Assembly (NCBI GenBank): GCA_040768745.1
Contig: JAXGMI010000001.1
Location: forward strand, 1,056,001 to 1,120,000
Direction: 5' to 3'
Source of the DNA: Desulfomicrobium sp.
GTDB lineage: Bacteria > Desulfobacterota > Desulfovibrionia > Desulfovibrionales > Desulfomicrobiaceae
Length of the DNA: 64,000 nucleotides
Every line of letters starts with the position of its first letter. Positions within the stretch are counted from its first letter, which is position 1. Under the pieces are notes generated by a model that had not been told where the DNA came from, did no database searches, and was given only the letters and a program-made list of their open reading frames with translations. This document shows, in pieces, positions 9,986 through 17,790 of the stretch. A program made the translations under genes and the position numbers.

Positions 9986-11046
9986 CCCCTGGTTCTCCAT
10001 TGCAGGCGATAGCGGGAAAAGAATCCTCCGGACAGGATGGCCAGGAGAACAAAACCCTCCATGATGCTGCCGAAGGACGCAGGGACCTGCAGGTCGAGCT
10101 GCAGGGTTTCCATCCCCACGCGGAGCCCTGCCAGAAGGAACGACGCCACGGCAATGACCAGGGGGCGCAGGTTGGCCAGCCAGGCCACGACAATGGCCGT
10201 GTAGCCGTAGCCGGACATGATGCTTGGCTGCAAGCGGCCCAGAATGGCCGAGGATTCCAGAAATCCGGCCCACCCGGACAGGGCCCCGCTGACAACCATG
10301 ACCGTGACCACCAGCCCGGCATAAGGCATGCGGGCGGAGCGGGCCGCGCGGACGTTTTCTCCGCAGGCCCGCAGTTCGTATCCCAGGCGGGTGAAACGCA
10401 AGAAGACGCTCATGCACCCGCCGGCCACAAGACAGAGGGCCAAGCCCCAGTTCAGGCGCGTGTCGCCGATGCGGCCGACCACGGCGGCGGGCACGAACTC
10501 CGAAGTCATGGGGAAGCCGAAGCTGCCCGGGTCCTTCCAGACCCCGTAGACCAGATATTCCAAAACCAGGATGCCCACGTAGTTGAGCATGAGGGTGACA
10601 ATGATCTCGTTGGCCCCGAGCTTGAGCCGGAGCAGGGCCGGGATGGCCCCCCACAGAGCCCCGGCCAGGGATGCGCAGGCAAGCATGGCTGGCAGCAGTG
10701 CGTACCAAGGCCAGGCCGGGAAGGTCAGGGCCATCCACGTGGCGCCCACGGCGCCGAGGGCGAACTGGCCCTCGGCCCCGATGTTCCAGATCTGCAGGCG
10801 GAAGGTCAGCCCCACGCCCGTGGCGCAGAGGAAGATGGGCACAGCCTTGACCAGGCAGTCCTCCAGAGCAAAGCCCGAGCCGAAGGCGCTGTGCACCAGC
10901 AGCCACAGCCCACCCAGGGCGGGTTTGCCTCCCATGGCCAGAAGCATCCCGCTGAACGAGAAGGCCAGGGTCAGGGCTGCCAGAAAAATAAGACAGGAGC
11001 CCCATCCCAGAGGCTCCTGTCGTTTGACGGCACAGAGTTCACGCAT
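9982..11046 (-). CDS. Nucleoside ABC transporter permease
   Basis: WNIGAEGQ, NEIIVTLMLNY, GYGYTAIVVAWL; start MRELCAV at 11046. Confidence 0.9.
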   Translation of the reverse strand: MRELCAVKRQEPLGWGSCLIFLAALTLAFSFSGMLLAMGGKPALGGLWLLVHSAFGSGFALEDCLVKAVPIFLCATGVGLTFRLQIWNIGAEGQFALGAVGATWMALTFPAWPWYALLPAMLACASLAGALWGAIPALLRLKLGANEIIVTLMLNYVGILVLEYLVYGVWKDPGSFGFPMTSEFVPAAVVGRIGDTRLNWGLALCLVAGGCMSVFLRFTRLGYELRACGENVRAARSARMPYAGLVVTVMVVSGALSGWAGFLESSAILGRLQPSIMSGYGYTAIVVAWLANLRPLVIAVASFLLAGLRVGMETLQLDLQVPASFGSIMEGFVLLAILSGGFFSRYRLQWRTRG

Positions 11047-11069
11047 CGCAGGTCCCCAGAAGGCGGCCC

Positions 11070-12128
11070 TTACTCCAGGGTGCCGACGACACCCTGCACG
11101 AACCAGTTGAACCCGAGCAGGTCCGCATCGGACATGACCGCACCTGCAGCCACCTTTTCCTTTCCGGCCTGGTCCCTGATGGGGCCGCTGAACACCTTGT
11201 ACGCGCCCGAGGCGATCTCCAGCTTTTTGGCCAGGACTTTCTTCTGCACGTCCCCGGGCACCATGGGGCCGAAGGGGGCGATATCCACGATGCCCTTGTC
11301 CAACCCGTACCAGTAGAACTGACTCTTCCAGGTCCCGTCTTTGATCTGCTGGACCATTTCCTTGTAAAAGGGACCCCAGTTCCACACGGCCGAGGTCAGG
11401 TGGGACTTGGGCGCGAAGGACGACATGTCCGTGTTGTAGCCGATGGAGTACGCTCCCCGTTCCTGGGCAGCTTCCTGCGGACCGGGCGAATCCTGGTGCT
11501 GGGCGATGACGTCGCAGCCCACATCCAGCAGGGATTTGGCAGCCTCCTTCTCCGTGGCCGGATCGTACCAGGTCTTGGTCCAGACCACGCGGACCTGGAC
11601 ATCGGGATTGACGGCCTGTGCCCCCAGGGCAAAGGCGTTGATGCCGCGGATGACCTCAGGGATGGGCAAGGCGGCCACATAGCCGAGGGTCTTGGACTTG
11701 GTCATGGCTCCGGCGACCATGCCGGTCAGGTAGCGGGCCTGGTAGATGCGCCCGAAATAATTGGCCATGTTCGGAGCGTTCTTGTAGCCGGAGCAGTGCA
11801 TGAACGTGACCTTGGGAAAATCCTTGGCGACTTTCAGCATGGGATCCATGTATCCGTAGCTCGTGGCGAAGATGACGTCATAGCCTTTGCGGGCCATGTT
11901 CAAGATGACACGCTCGGAGTCCTGCCCCTCGGCCACGGATTCGACAAAGGACGTGGTCACTCCGTCCATGGCCTCCACGGCCAGGCGGCCCTGGTCGTGG
12001 GCGTAGGAGTATCCGGCGTCACCAACAGGGGATACATACACAAATCCGACTTTCAGGTCTTCGGCGAAGCAGGTCGATCCCAGAGCCAGAAGCGCTATGA
12101 AAACCAAAAGTATACTTTTTCGCATCAT
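11070..12128 (-). CDS. BMP-family ABC transporter substrate-binding protein (purine nucleoside)
   Basis: Signal peptide, KVGFVYVSPVGDAGYSYAHDQGR, IPEVIRGINAFALGA, WYDP. Confidence 0.92.
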   Translation of the reverse strand: MMRKSILLVFIALLALGSTCFAEDLKVGFVYVSPVGDAGYSYAHDQGRLAVEAMDGVTTSFVESVAEGQDSERVILNMARKGYDVIFATSYGYMDPMLKVAKDFPKVTFMHCSGYKNAPNMANYFGRIYQARYLTGMVAGAMTKSKTLGYVAALPIPEVIRGINAFALGAQAVNPDVQVRVVWTKTWYDPATEKEAAKSLLDVGCDVIAQHQDSPGPQEAAQERGAYSIGYNTDMSSFAPKSHLTSAVWNWGPFYKEMVQQIKDGTWKSQFYWYGLDKGIVDIAPFGPMVPGDVQKKVLAKKLEIASGAYKVFSGPIRDQAGKEKVAAGAVMSDADLLGFNWFVQGVVGTLE

Positions 12129-12341
12129 CCTTCCTCCGTGGGTGGTTCTGAAAGGGGGCAGTTTCTCTGGTGGGCGGCGCGCCCGGTCAGAGGAAAGTTC
12201 CGAGAGACAAGACATAGTCAATCGACCCTGGGCTGGCAACAGATCAGATCCATCCCCTGCTCGGTATCCGGAAAAAGAGCACGAAAGTCAGTCCGCCCAG
12301 TGCGATTTCCGGGAAAACGGGACAAAAGCACAGGGCATTCG

Positions 12342-12359
12342 TCGGCACAGAACATGCAA
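12342..12359 (+). promoter_or_regulatory. Candidate sigma54 (-24/-12) promoter for the RHH-PilZ gene
   Basis: TCGGCACAGAACATGCAA has GG-N10-GC spacing, about 105 bp upstream of ATG 12463. Confidence 0.3.
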
Positions 12360-12462
12360 TTATTCTGAATTTCAGACGGTTGTCGAAAGTGTGCTTTTGG
12401 CATGGGTTTTCCATAGCCTGGCGCTGCACGGATACTGCCGGCAGAACGACCGCGGAGGACCC

Positions 12463-12957
12463 ATGCCCAAGGCGACCATGATCAGTTTCCGGACCACCGA
12501 GGTGCTCGGCGCCTCCCTGCAACGAATTGCCAGGGAGAGAAAGACCACCCTCTCCGGGTTTATCGATGGGATTTTGCAGGAATATCTGGCCTCCCAGGCA
12601 TGCCAGGATATCCTGCTGCGGGACAGACGCCAGTGCCAACGCCAGCAGGAATCCATCCCGGCCATCATCAGGGGCCGGAACGGGGCAGGGGAATTTGTGG
12701 CGGCCAGCAGGATCAACGACCTCTCCCTGGGGGGCATCGGCCTTGCTGTTTCCAGGCGTACCGCGGGGGTAGGGGCAGCCGGTGGCATGCCGGTCCATTT
12801 CGATGTGATTTTTCCCCTGCCCAGGGCGGAAAGACCCGTCTCCATCCAATGCCAGGCCATGCACGTGCACCATGCGGGGGACATGATCCAGATCGGGGCG
12901 TCTTTTGACGATGCCGATCCGGACAGCTACCAAGCCCTGCGCGGCTATCTCACCTAG
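12463..12957 (+). CDS. PilZ-domain protein with an N-terminal ribbon-helix-helix-like segment
   Basis: RBS GGAGG; N-terminus MISFRTTEVLGASLQRIARERKTTLSGFIDGILQEYL; PilZ motifs RRQCQR and DLSLGG. Confidence 0.75.
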   Translation: MPKATMISFRTTEVLGASLQRIARERKTTLSGFIDGILQEYLASQACQDILLRDRRQCQRQQESIPAIIRGRNGAGEFVAASRINDLSLGGIGLAVSRRTAGVGAAGGMPVHFDVIFPLPRAERPVSIQCQAMHVHHAGDMIQIGASFDDADPDSYQALRGYLT

Positions 12958-12981
12958 GTTCTGGCACGGGCCTGGCCGAGG

Positions 12982-13503
12982 TCACCTGCGGAGCCATTGG
13001 CGCAGCCGCTGGGTCTCTTCCGGCCAGTCGGCCCCGAAGCGGATCTCCAGAAACCGGGCGAACACGCTGTCCACATATCCCGTGCATTTCTCCATGAGAT
13101 AGATCTTCTCCAAAATGCGGGCATCCGGGTCCTCGCCCTCTTCCAGGGTCATGCTCACTTTCGGGGTTTTCAGGCCCTGCAGGGTGAAGGAGGCCGCGTC
13201 CACCAGGACCTGCCAGCTGACCTCGTCCTTTTCCACCCGCAGCTTGGCCTTGTTGACCTTCTTGCCCGTGACCAGGCCCATCCTGGCCTCCCGCAGCTCG
13301 GCCATGGGGCCGCTGCACACGGCCGTCTCCCTGGCCTCGCCCTCGCCTCCCTGCACGGACACCTTCTGTTCCACGGTCACGGAAAAGACCTCGCCGTCCC
13401 TGGCCGTGAAGAGGCCATGGCTGGTTTCGCTGGCAAACCACAGCCAGGTCAGGAATTCCTGGCCCAGAGCCAAGCTCACTGTCTGTGCGCGTTCCAGATC
13501 CAT
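12982..13503 (-). CDS. Conserved hypothetical protein (RdgC-like C-terminal portion)
   Basis: LGQEFLTWLWF, EARMGLVTGKKVNKA; coupled to the upstream gene by a TGATG overlap. Confidence 0.65.
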   Translation of the reverse strand: MDLERAQTVSLALGQEFLTWLWFASETSHGLFTARDGEVFSVTVEQKVSVQGGEGEARETAVCSGPMAELREARMGLVTGKKVNKAKLRVEKDEVSWQVLVDAASFTLQGLKTPKVSMTLEEGEDPDARILEKIYLMEKCTGYVDSVFARFLEIRFGADWPEETQRLRQWLRR

Positions 13504-14132
13504 CACTGTCCTCCCATGGCGAAAATTGTCGGTTCGAAGTTGTCCACCTCGGACTGACGCCCAGGTCCAAGATGCTGCAGGGCCAGAAAATAGGGGGTCA
13601 GGGGTTCCAGGTGCAGCCCGAAGGTGTGGGTGAAGAGCTCCTCGAAGAGCTCGGTCAGTTTGGGCTGGACCGAGGCGATGCAGACGGTCTGCCGATGGGT
13701 GTCCCAGACCACGTCGAAGCAGGCCGGGACGGGCAAGGTCCTGGCCCGCAGGCGCAGTTCCACCTGCTCCCGGATTTCGGCCTTTTGCTCCTTGGTCAGG
13801 AATTTCCTGCCCTGTTCACGCATGGTCCGCATGGCCTCGTTCATGGCGATGGCCACGTGTTTTTTCATCACCGCCGGAGACACGCGGCGGGTGTCCAGGC
13901 GCAGGGTGAAGGCCAGATAGCCGCCTTTTTCGGGCGGGCAGAGGGCGAAGTCCGGATCCAGCATGTTGGCGAAGGACACCCACCCGAAGCTGCGTTCCTC
14001 CACACTGGCGTCGATGTCCCTGAACGCGTTCCGTTTGAGGCGTTCCCCGACCTCGGCCCACAGGGAGGACGGGATGTCCTCCTCGACGATACGGTAGCGG
14101 GTCAGAGCCACGCTTGCAGACATGAATCCCAA
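13503..14132 (-). CDS. Recombination-associated protein RdgC-like
   Basis: TTG start after GGAGG; EERSFGWV, LRLDTRRVSPAV, EIREQVELRL, FEELFTHTFGLHL. Confidence 0.7.
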   Translation of the reverse strand: MGFMSASVALTRYRIVEEDIPSSLWAEVGERLKRNAFRDIDASVEERSFGWVSFANMLDPDFALCPPEKGGYLAFTLRLDTRRVSPAVMKKHVAIAMNEAMRTMREQGRKFLTKEQKAEIREQVELRLRARTLPVPACFDVVWDTHRQTVCIASVQPKLTELFEELFTHTFGLHLEPLTPYFLALQHLGPGRQSEVDNFEPTIFAMGGQ

Positions 14133-14233
14133 TGTAGCCTCCTTCGCCGTGCGCGGAATCCCGCTTTGACGGCGTCATGCGTTCACTGATATGTGGTCAA
14201 GTTCCCTATTCCGTGCACTCTCTGGAGAATCCG

Positions 14234-16345
14234 ATGACCAAAGCCCTGTGTATCCATGGCCATTTTTACCAGCCCCCCCGCTTCGACCCGTGGCTGGAGG
14301 AGGTTCTGCCCGAGGGCAGCGCCGCTCCCGCGCACGACTGGAACGCCCGCATCACCCGGGAGTGCTACGCGCCCCTGGCCTATGCCCGGCGCCTCGACGG
14401 CGCGGGCATGATCAGCGAGCTGGTCAACTGCTACGCATGGATGAGCTTCAATTTCGGCCCCACTCTGCTGCGCTGGATGGAGCTGCACGCCCCCGGCGCC
14501 TATGCGCGCATCCTGGAGGCGGACAGGCAGAGCCTCAGGCGCCTGGGACACGGCAATGCCCTGGCCCAGGTCTACCACCACCCCATCATGCCCCTGGCCA
14601 CGGACTTGGACAAGGATCTGGAAATCGGCTGGGCGGTCCAGGATTTCGAATCCCGGTTCGGACGCAAACCCGAAGGGATGTGGCTGGCGGAAACCGCGGT
14701 GGATGGAGCGACCCTGGCCGCCCTGGCCCGGGCCGGCATCCGGTTCACGGTCCTGGCCCCTCGGCAGGCCAAGGCTGTGCGCCCGGTGGGGAGCGGCGAA
14801 TTCAGTCCCGTGACCGAAGACACCCTCGACACCACGCGGCCCTATCTGGTTCCCCTGCCTCAAGGCAAGTCCATGACCGTGTTTTTCTACCATGGGTCCA
14901 TCTCCCGGGCTGTGGCCTTCGAGCGCCTGCTGGAGAACGGGGAGCAGTTCTGGGCCAGGCTGAGCGGTCCCTTTCCTGGCGGGCTGCGGCACATCGCCAC
15001 GGACGGGGAGTCCTACGGCCACCATTTCCTGTTCGGAGAGATGGCCCTGGCCTATGTCATCGAGCAGGCCCGGGAAGGCCGTGACGGGATGATCCTGACC
15101 AACTACGGCGCATACCTGCAGGCCAATCCCGCCAGGGACGAGGCGCAGATCCATGAGAATTCTTCCTGGAGCTGCGCCCACGGCCTGGAACGCTGGAAAA
15201 CCCACTGCGGCTGCTCCAACGGCAGTCATCCGGACTGGATGCAGGACTGGCGGAGACCTCTGCGCCGCAGCCTGAACTACCTGAAGTACTACGTGGACGA
15301 GCATTTCTTCAAACGCGGATCCACCCTCTTTCACACGCCCGGCCTGGCCCTGGCAGAGTACGGCCTGACCCTGGCGGGAGCCGAGACCCTGGATGGGTTC
15401 CTAGACAGACATGCCCTCCCTGGGTTGATCCCGAACCAACGCCAGGATGCCTGCCGCCTCCTGCTCATGCAACAGCTGGCCCTGGCCAGCTTTGCCAGCT
15501 GTGCGTGGTTCTTCGACGACATCGCGCGCATCGAGCCCCTGAACGGGTTGATCTTCGCCCGCCGGGCCCTGGATCTGCTCGTGGCCACGGGCGGCGCGGA
15601 CGTGGAGGCCGGATTCGTGCGCATCCTCTCGGAAGCCCAGTCCAACATGCGGGAGGAATGGGACGGGGCCGCCCTGTGGCGGGATGTGGTCACGCCCAGG
15701 CGGCCCAGACTCGCGGACCTCGCCGCCTATGTGCTGGGTCCGGACGCAGCGCCGCGCGGCGAGCGCCACTGGCCCGGCCTTTTCCTGGCCACGGACGGCC
15801 GCGAACTGGTGGGTCGCTGGCACCGGACCATGGACGAGGAGCGCTGCCCGGTCCCGGCGCAGACCTCTCCCTGTGCAGGCCATCTGGCCGAGATGGCCCT
15901 GGCCCGTTCCCGCAGGCAGGAGGACGCCCTGCTGGCCGCGTCCTGCGAGGCGGCAGAGGACCTGCTCCCCCTTCTGGGCGACTTCACGGAAGGGCAAACC
16001 CAGCCCCAGGCGTTTCTGGGCCTGCACATGCCAGGGCTGGTCTGGAACTGGCTGACGGTCAAAAGGACCCTGCCCCGGGACATGCTGGGGTTCATTCCGG
16101 TCTGGCTCGGCCGCAACCCGGACATCCGCGCCCTGCTGGAACGGCGCCTGGAGGACCACGGGCTCGAGCTGGCCAGGAGACTGCCCGCCACGGAAAAAGA
16201 CCTCATCGACCTGATCGGCAATGCCCGAAAGCTGGGGCTGGGGATTCCCTGGTGGGAAATCCAGAACATGGTCATGGAAATGCCGGGCCGATCCAGGCAC
16301 GAGGAACTCTGCCAGCTGCTGGGCTTGGCAACGAACGGCTGCTAG
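14234..16345 (+). CDS. Glycoside hydrolase family 57 protein with DUF3536
   Basis: HGHFYQPPR, SFNFGPTLL, GMWLAETAVD, ATDGESYGHH, SWSCAHGLERW, SCAWFFDD. Confidence 0.88.
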   Translation: MTKALCIHGHFYQPPRFDPWLEEVLPEGSAAPAHDWNARITRECYAPLAYARRLDGAGMISELVNCYAWMSFNFGPTLLRWMELHAPGAYARILEADRQSLRRLGHGNALAQVYHHPIMPLATDLDKDLEIGWAVQDFESRFGRKPEGMWLAETAVDGATLAALARAGIRFTVLAPRQAKAVRPVGSGEFSPVTEDTLDTTRPYLVPLPQGKSMTVFFYHGSISRAVAFERLLENGEQFWARLSGPFPGGLRHIATDGESYGHHFLFGEMALAYVIEQAREGRDGMILTNYGAYLQANPARDEAQIHENSSWSCAHGLERWKTHCGCSNGSHPDWMQDWRRPLRRSLNYLKYYVDEHFFKRGSTLFHTPGLALAEYGLTLAGAETLDGFLDRHALPGLIPNQRQDACRLLLMQQLALASFASCAWFFDDIARIEPLNGLIFARRALDLLVATGGADVEAGFVRILSEAQSNMREEWDGAALWRDVVTPRRPRLADLAAYVLGPDAAPRGERHWPGLFLATDGRELVGRWHRTMDEERCPVPAQTSPCAGHLAEMALARSRRQEDALLAASCEAAEDLLPLLGDFTEGQTQPQAFLGLHMPGLVWNWLTVKRTLPRDMLGFIPVWLGRNPDIRALLERRLEDHGLELARRLPATEKDLIDLIGNARKLGLGIPWWEIQNMVMEMPGRSRHEELCQLLGLATNGC

Positions 16346-17655
16346 GGCCGGAGGAACGGCTGTTCGCGCAGCCAGCGCGCCCATGCCTGGCGGGCCCGCT
16401 GGGCATGGAGTTCCTTGCGCTTCTTTTTGGGCGCTTTTTGGCCCAGGGCGGGCATGAGCCCGAAGTGGACGTTGGAGGGCTGGAAGTGTCTGGCCGGGGT
16501 GCGCAGGTGCCCCAGCAGGGCGCCCAGGGCCGTCTCCAGGGGCGGCAGTCCCAGCTTCCCGGCCAGGTGCAGGCCCAGCCACAGTCCGGTGGCCGCGGAT
16601 TCCAGATAGCCCTCCACCCCGCTGATCTGGCCGGCCAGGAAAGTCCCGGGCCGGTTTCTCAGCTCCAGTTCCGGGGTCAGGGCTTCCGGAGCCAGGACAT
16701 AGGTGTTGCGGTGGATGCTGCCCAGGCGCAGGAACTCGGCCTGGCCCAGGCCGGGGATGGTGGCGAAGATGCGCTTCTGCTCCCCGTACTTGAGCTTGGT
16801 CTGGAACCCGACCATGTTCATGGCTGTCTTTTCCCTGTTTTCGGCCCGCAGCTGGACCACGGCAAAGGGTTGCCTGCCGGTGCGCGGGTCGGTCAGGCCC
16901 ACGGGCTTCAGGGGGCCGAAGGCCAGGGTCATCTCGCCACGCTCGGCCATGACCTCGATGGGCAGGCAGCCCTCGAAGTGGATCTCCTGTTCGAACTCCC
17001 GGGGCGCGACCTTCTCCCCGGCCACCAGCGCCCGCACGAAGGAGAGATACTCCTCCTCGGTCATGGGGCAGTTCAGGTAGTCCCTGTCCTCGGGTGCGTA
17101 GCGGGAGGCCCAGAAGGCCACGTTCATGTCCACGGACTCGGTCAGCACGATGGGCGCGATGGCGTCGTAGAAGGCCAGGGAATCGCGGCCGACGATGCGG
17201 GCCAGGTCGGCGGACAGCTCGTCGCTGGCCAGGGGCCCGGCCGCAACGATCAGTGCGGTATGCCCTTCCCCGTCCAGTTCGGCCAGGGAGCGGACCTCCC
17301 GGCGGACCAGGGTGATGTGCGGATGGCCGAGGATGCGCCGGGTCACCTCCCGCGAAAAGAGCTCCCGGTCCACGGCCAGGGCCTTGCCGGCCGGGACTGC
17401 CGTGGCCTGGGCCACGTCCATGACCAGGCTGCCCAGCTCGGCCATTTCCAGTTTGAGCAGGCCGATGCCGGTCTCGGTCTCGGCCGAGCGGAAGGAGTTG
17501 GAGCAGACCAGTTCGGCCAAACCTTCGCTGCCGTGGGCGGGGGAGAAGCGATGGGGTTTCATCTCGTAGAGCAGCACCTGGCGCCCGGCCTGGGCCAGCT
17601 GCCAGGCCGCCTCGCATCCGGCCAGTCCGGCTCCGACAATCCCGTAGGTGTTCAC
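16342..17655 (-). CDS. trmFO: Methylenetetrahydrofolate-tRNA (uracil-5)-methyltransferase
   Basis: GAGLAGCEAA, AELVCSNSFRS, FEGCLPIEVMA, VGFQTKL, AGQISGVEGYLES. Confidence 0.95.
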   Translation of the reverse strand: MNTYGIVGAGLAGCEAAWQLAQAGRQVLLYEMKPHRFSPAHGSEGLAELVCSNSFRSAETETGIGLLKLEMAELGSLVMDVAQATAVPAGKALAVDRELFSREVTRRILGHPHITLVRREVRSLAELDGEGHTALIVAAGPLASDELSADLARIVGRDSLAFYDAIAPIVLTESVDMNVAFWASRYAPEDRDYLNCPMTEEEYLSFVRALVAGEKVAPREFEQEIHFEGCLPIEVMAERGEMTLAFGPLKPVGLTDPRTGRQPFAVVQLRAENREKTAMNMVGFQTKLKYGEQKRIFATIPGLGQAEFLRLGSIHRNTYVLAPEALTPELELRNRPGTFLAGQISGVEGYLESAATGLWLGLHLAGKLGLPPLETALGALLGHLRTPARHFQPSNVHFGLMPALGQKAPKKKRKELHAQRARQAWARWLREQPFLRP

Positions 17656-17758
17656 GCTGTTCCCCCTTGGCGTTGGTGAAAGCCGGACTTGTGACCCAAG
17701 GCCGCGCCGGGGTCAACCGTTGTCCGCGCTGATGCGGAGGCTATCGAGGATGGCCGGA

Positions 17759-17781
17759 CGGACAGGCGTGATGCCTGTCCG
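17759..17781 (-). terminator. Hairpin immediately downstream of the P-type ATPase gene
   Basis: CGGACAGGC-GTGAT-GCCTGTCCG perfect 9-bp stem; no clear U-tract. Confidence 0.35.
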
Positions 17782-17790
17782 CCTGGCTGT

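Noticed and set aside
9065..11385. 646-aa and 467-aa ORFs as long fusion permeases
   Set aside because: The N-terminal extensions overlap neighbouring genes in other frames; the real starts are 9985 and 11046.
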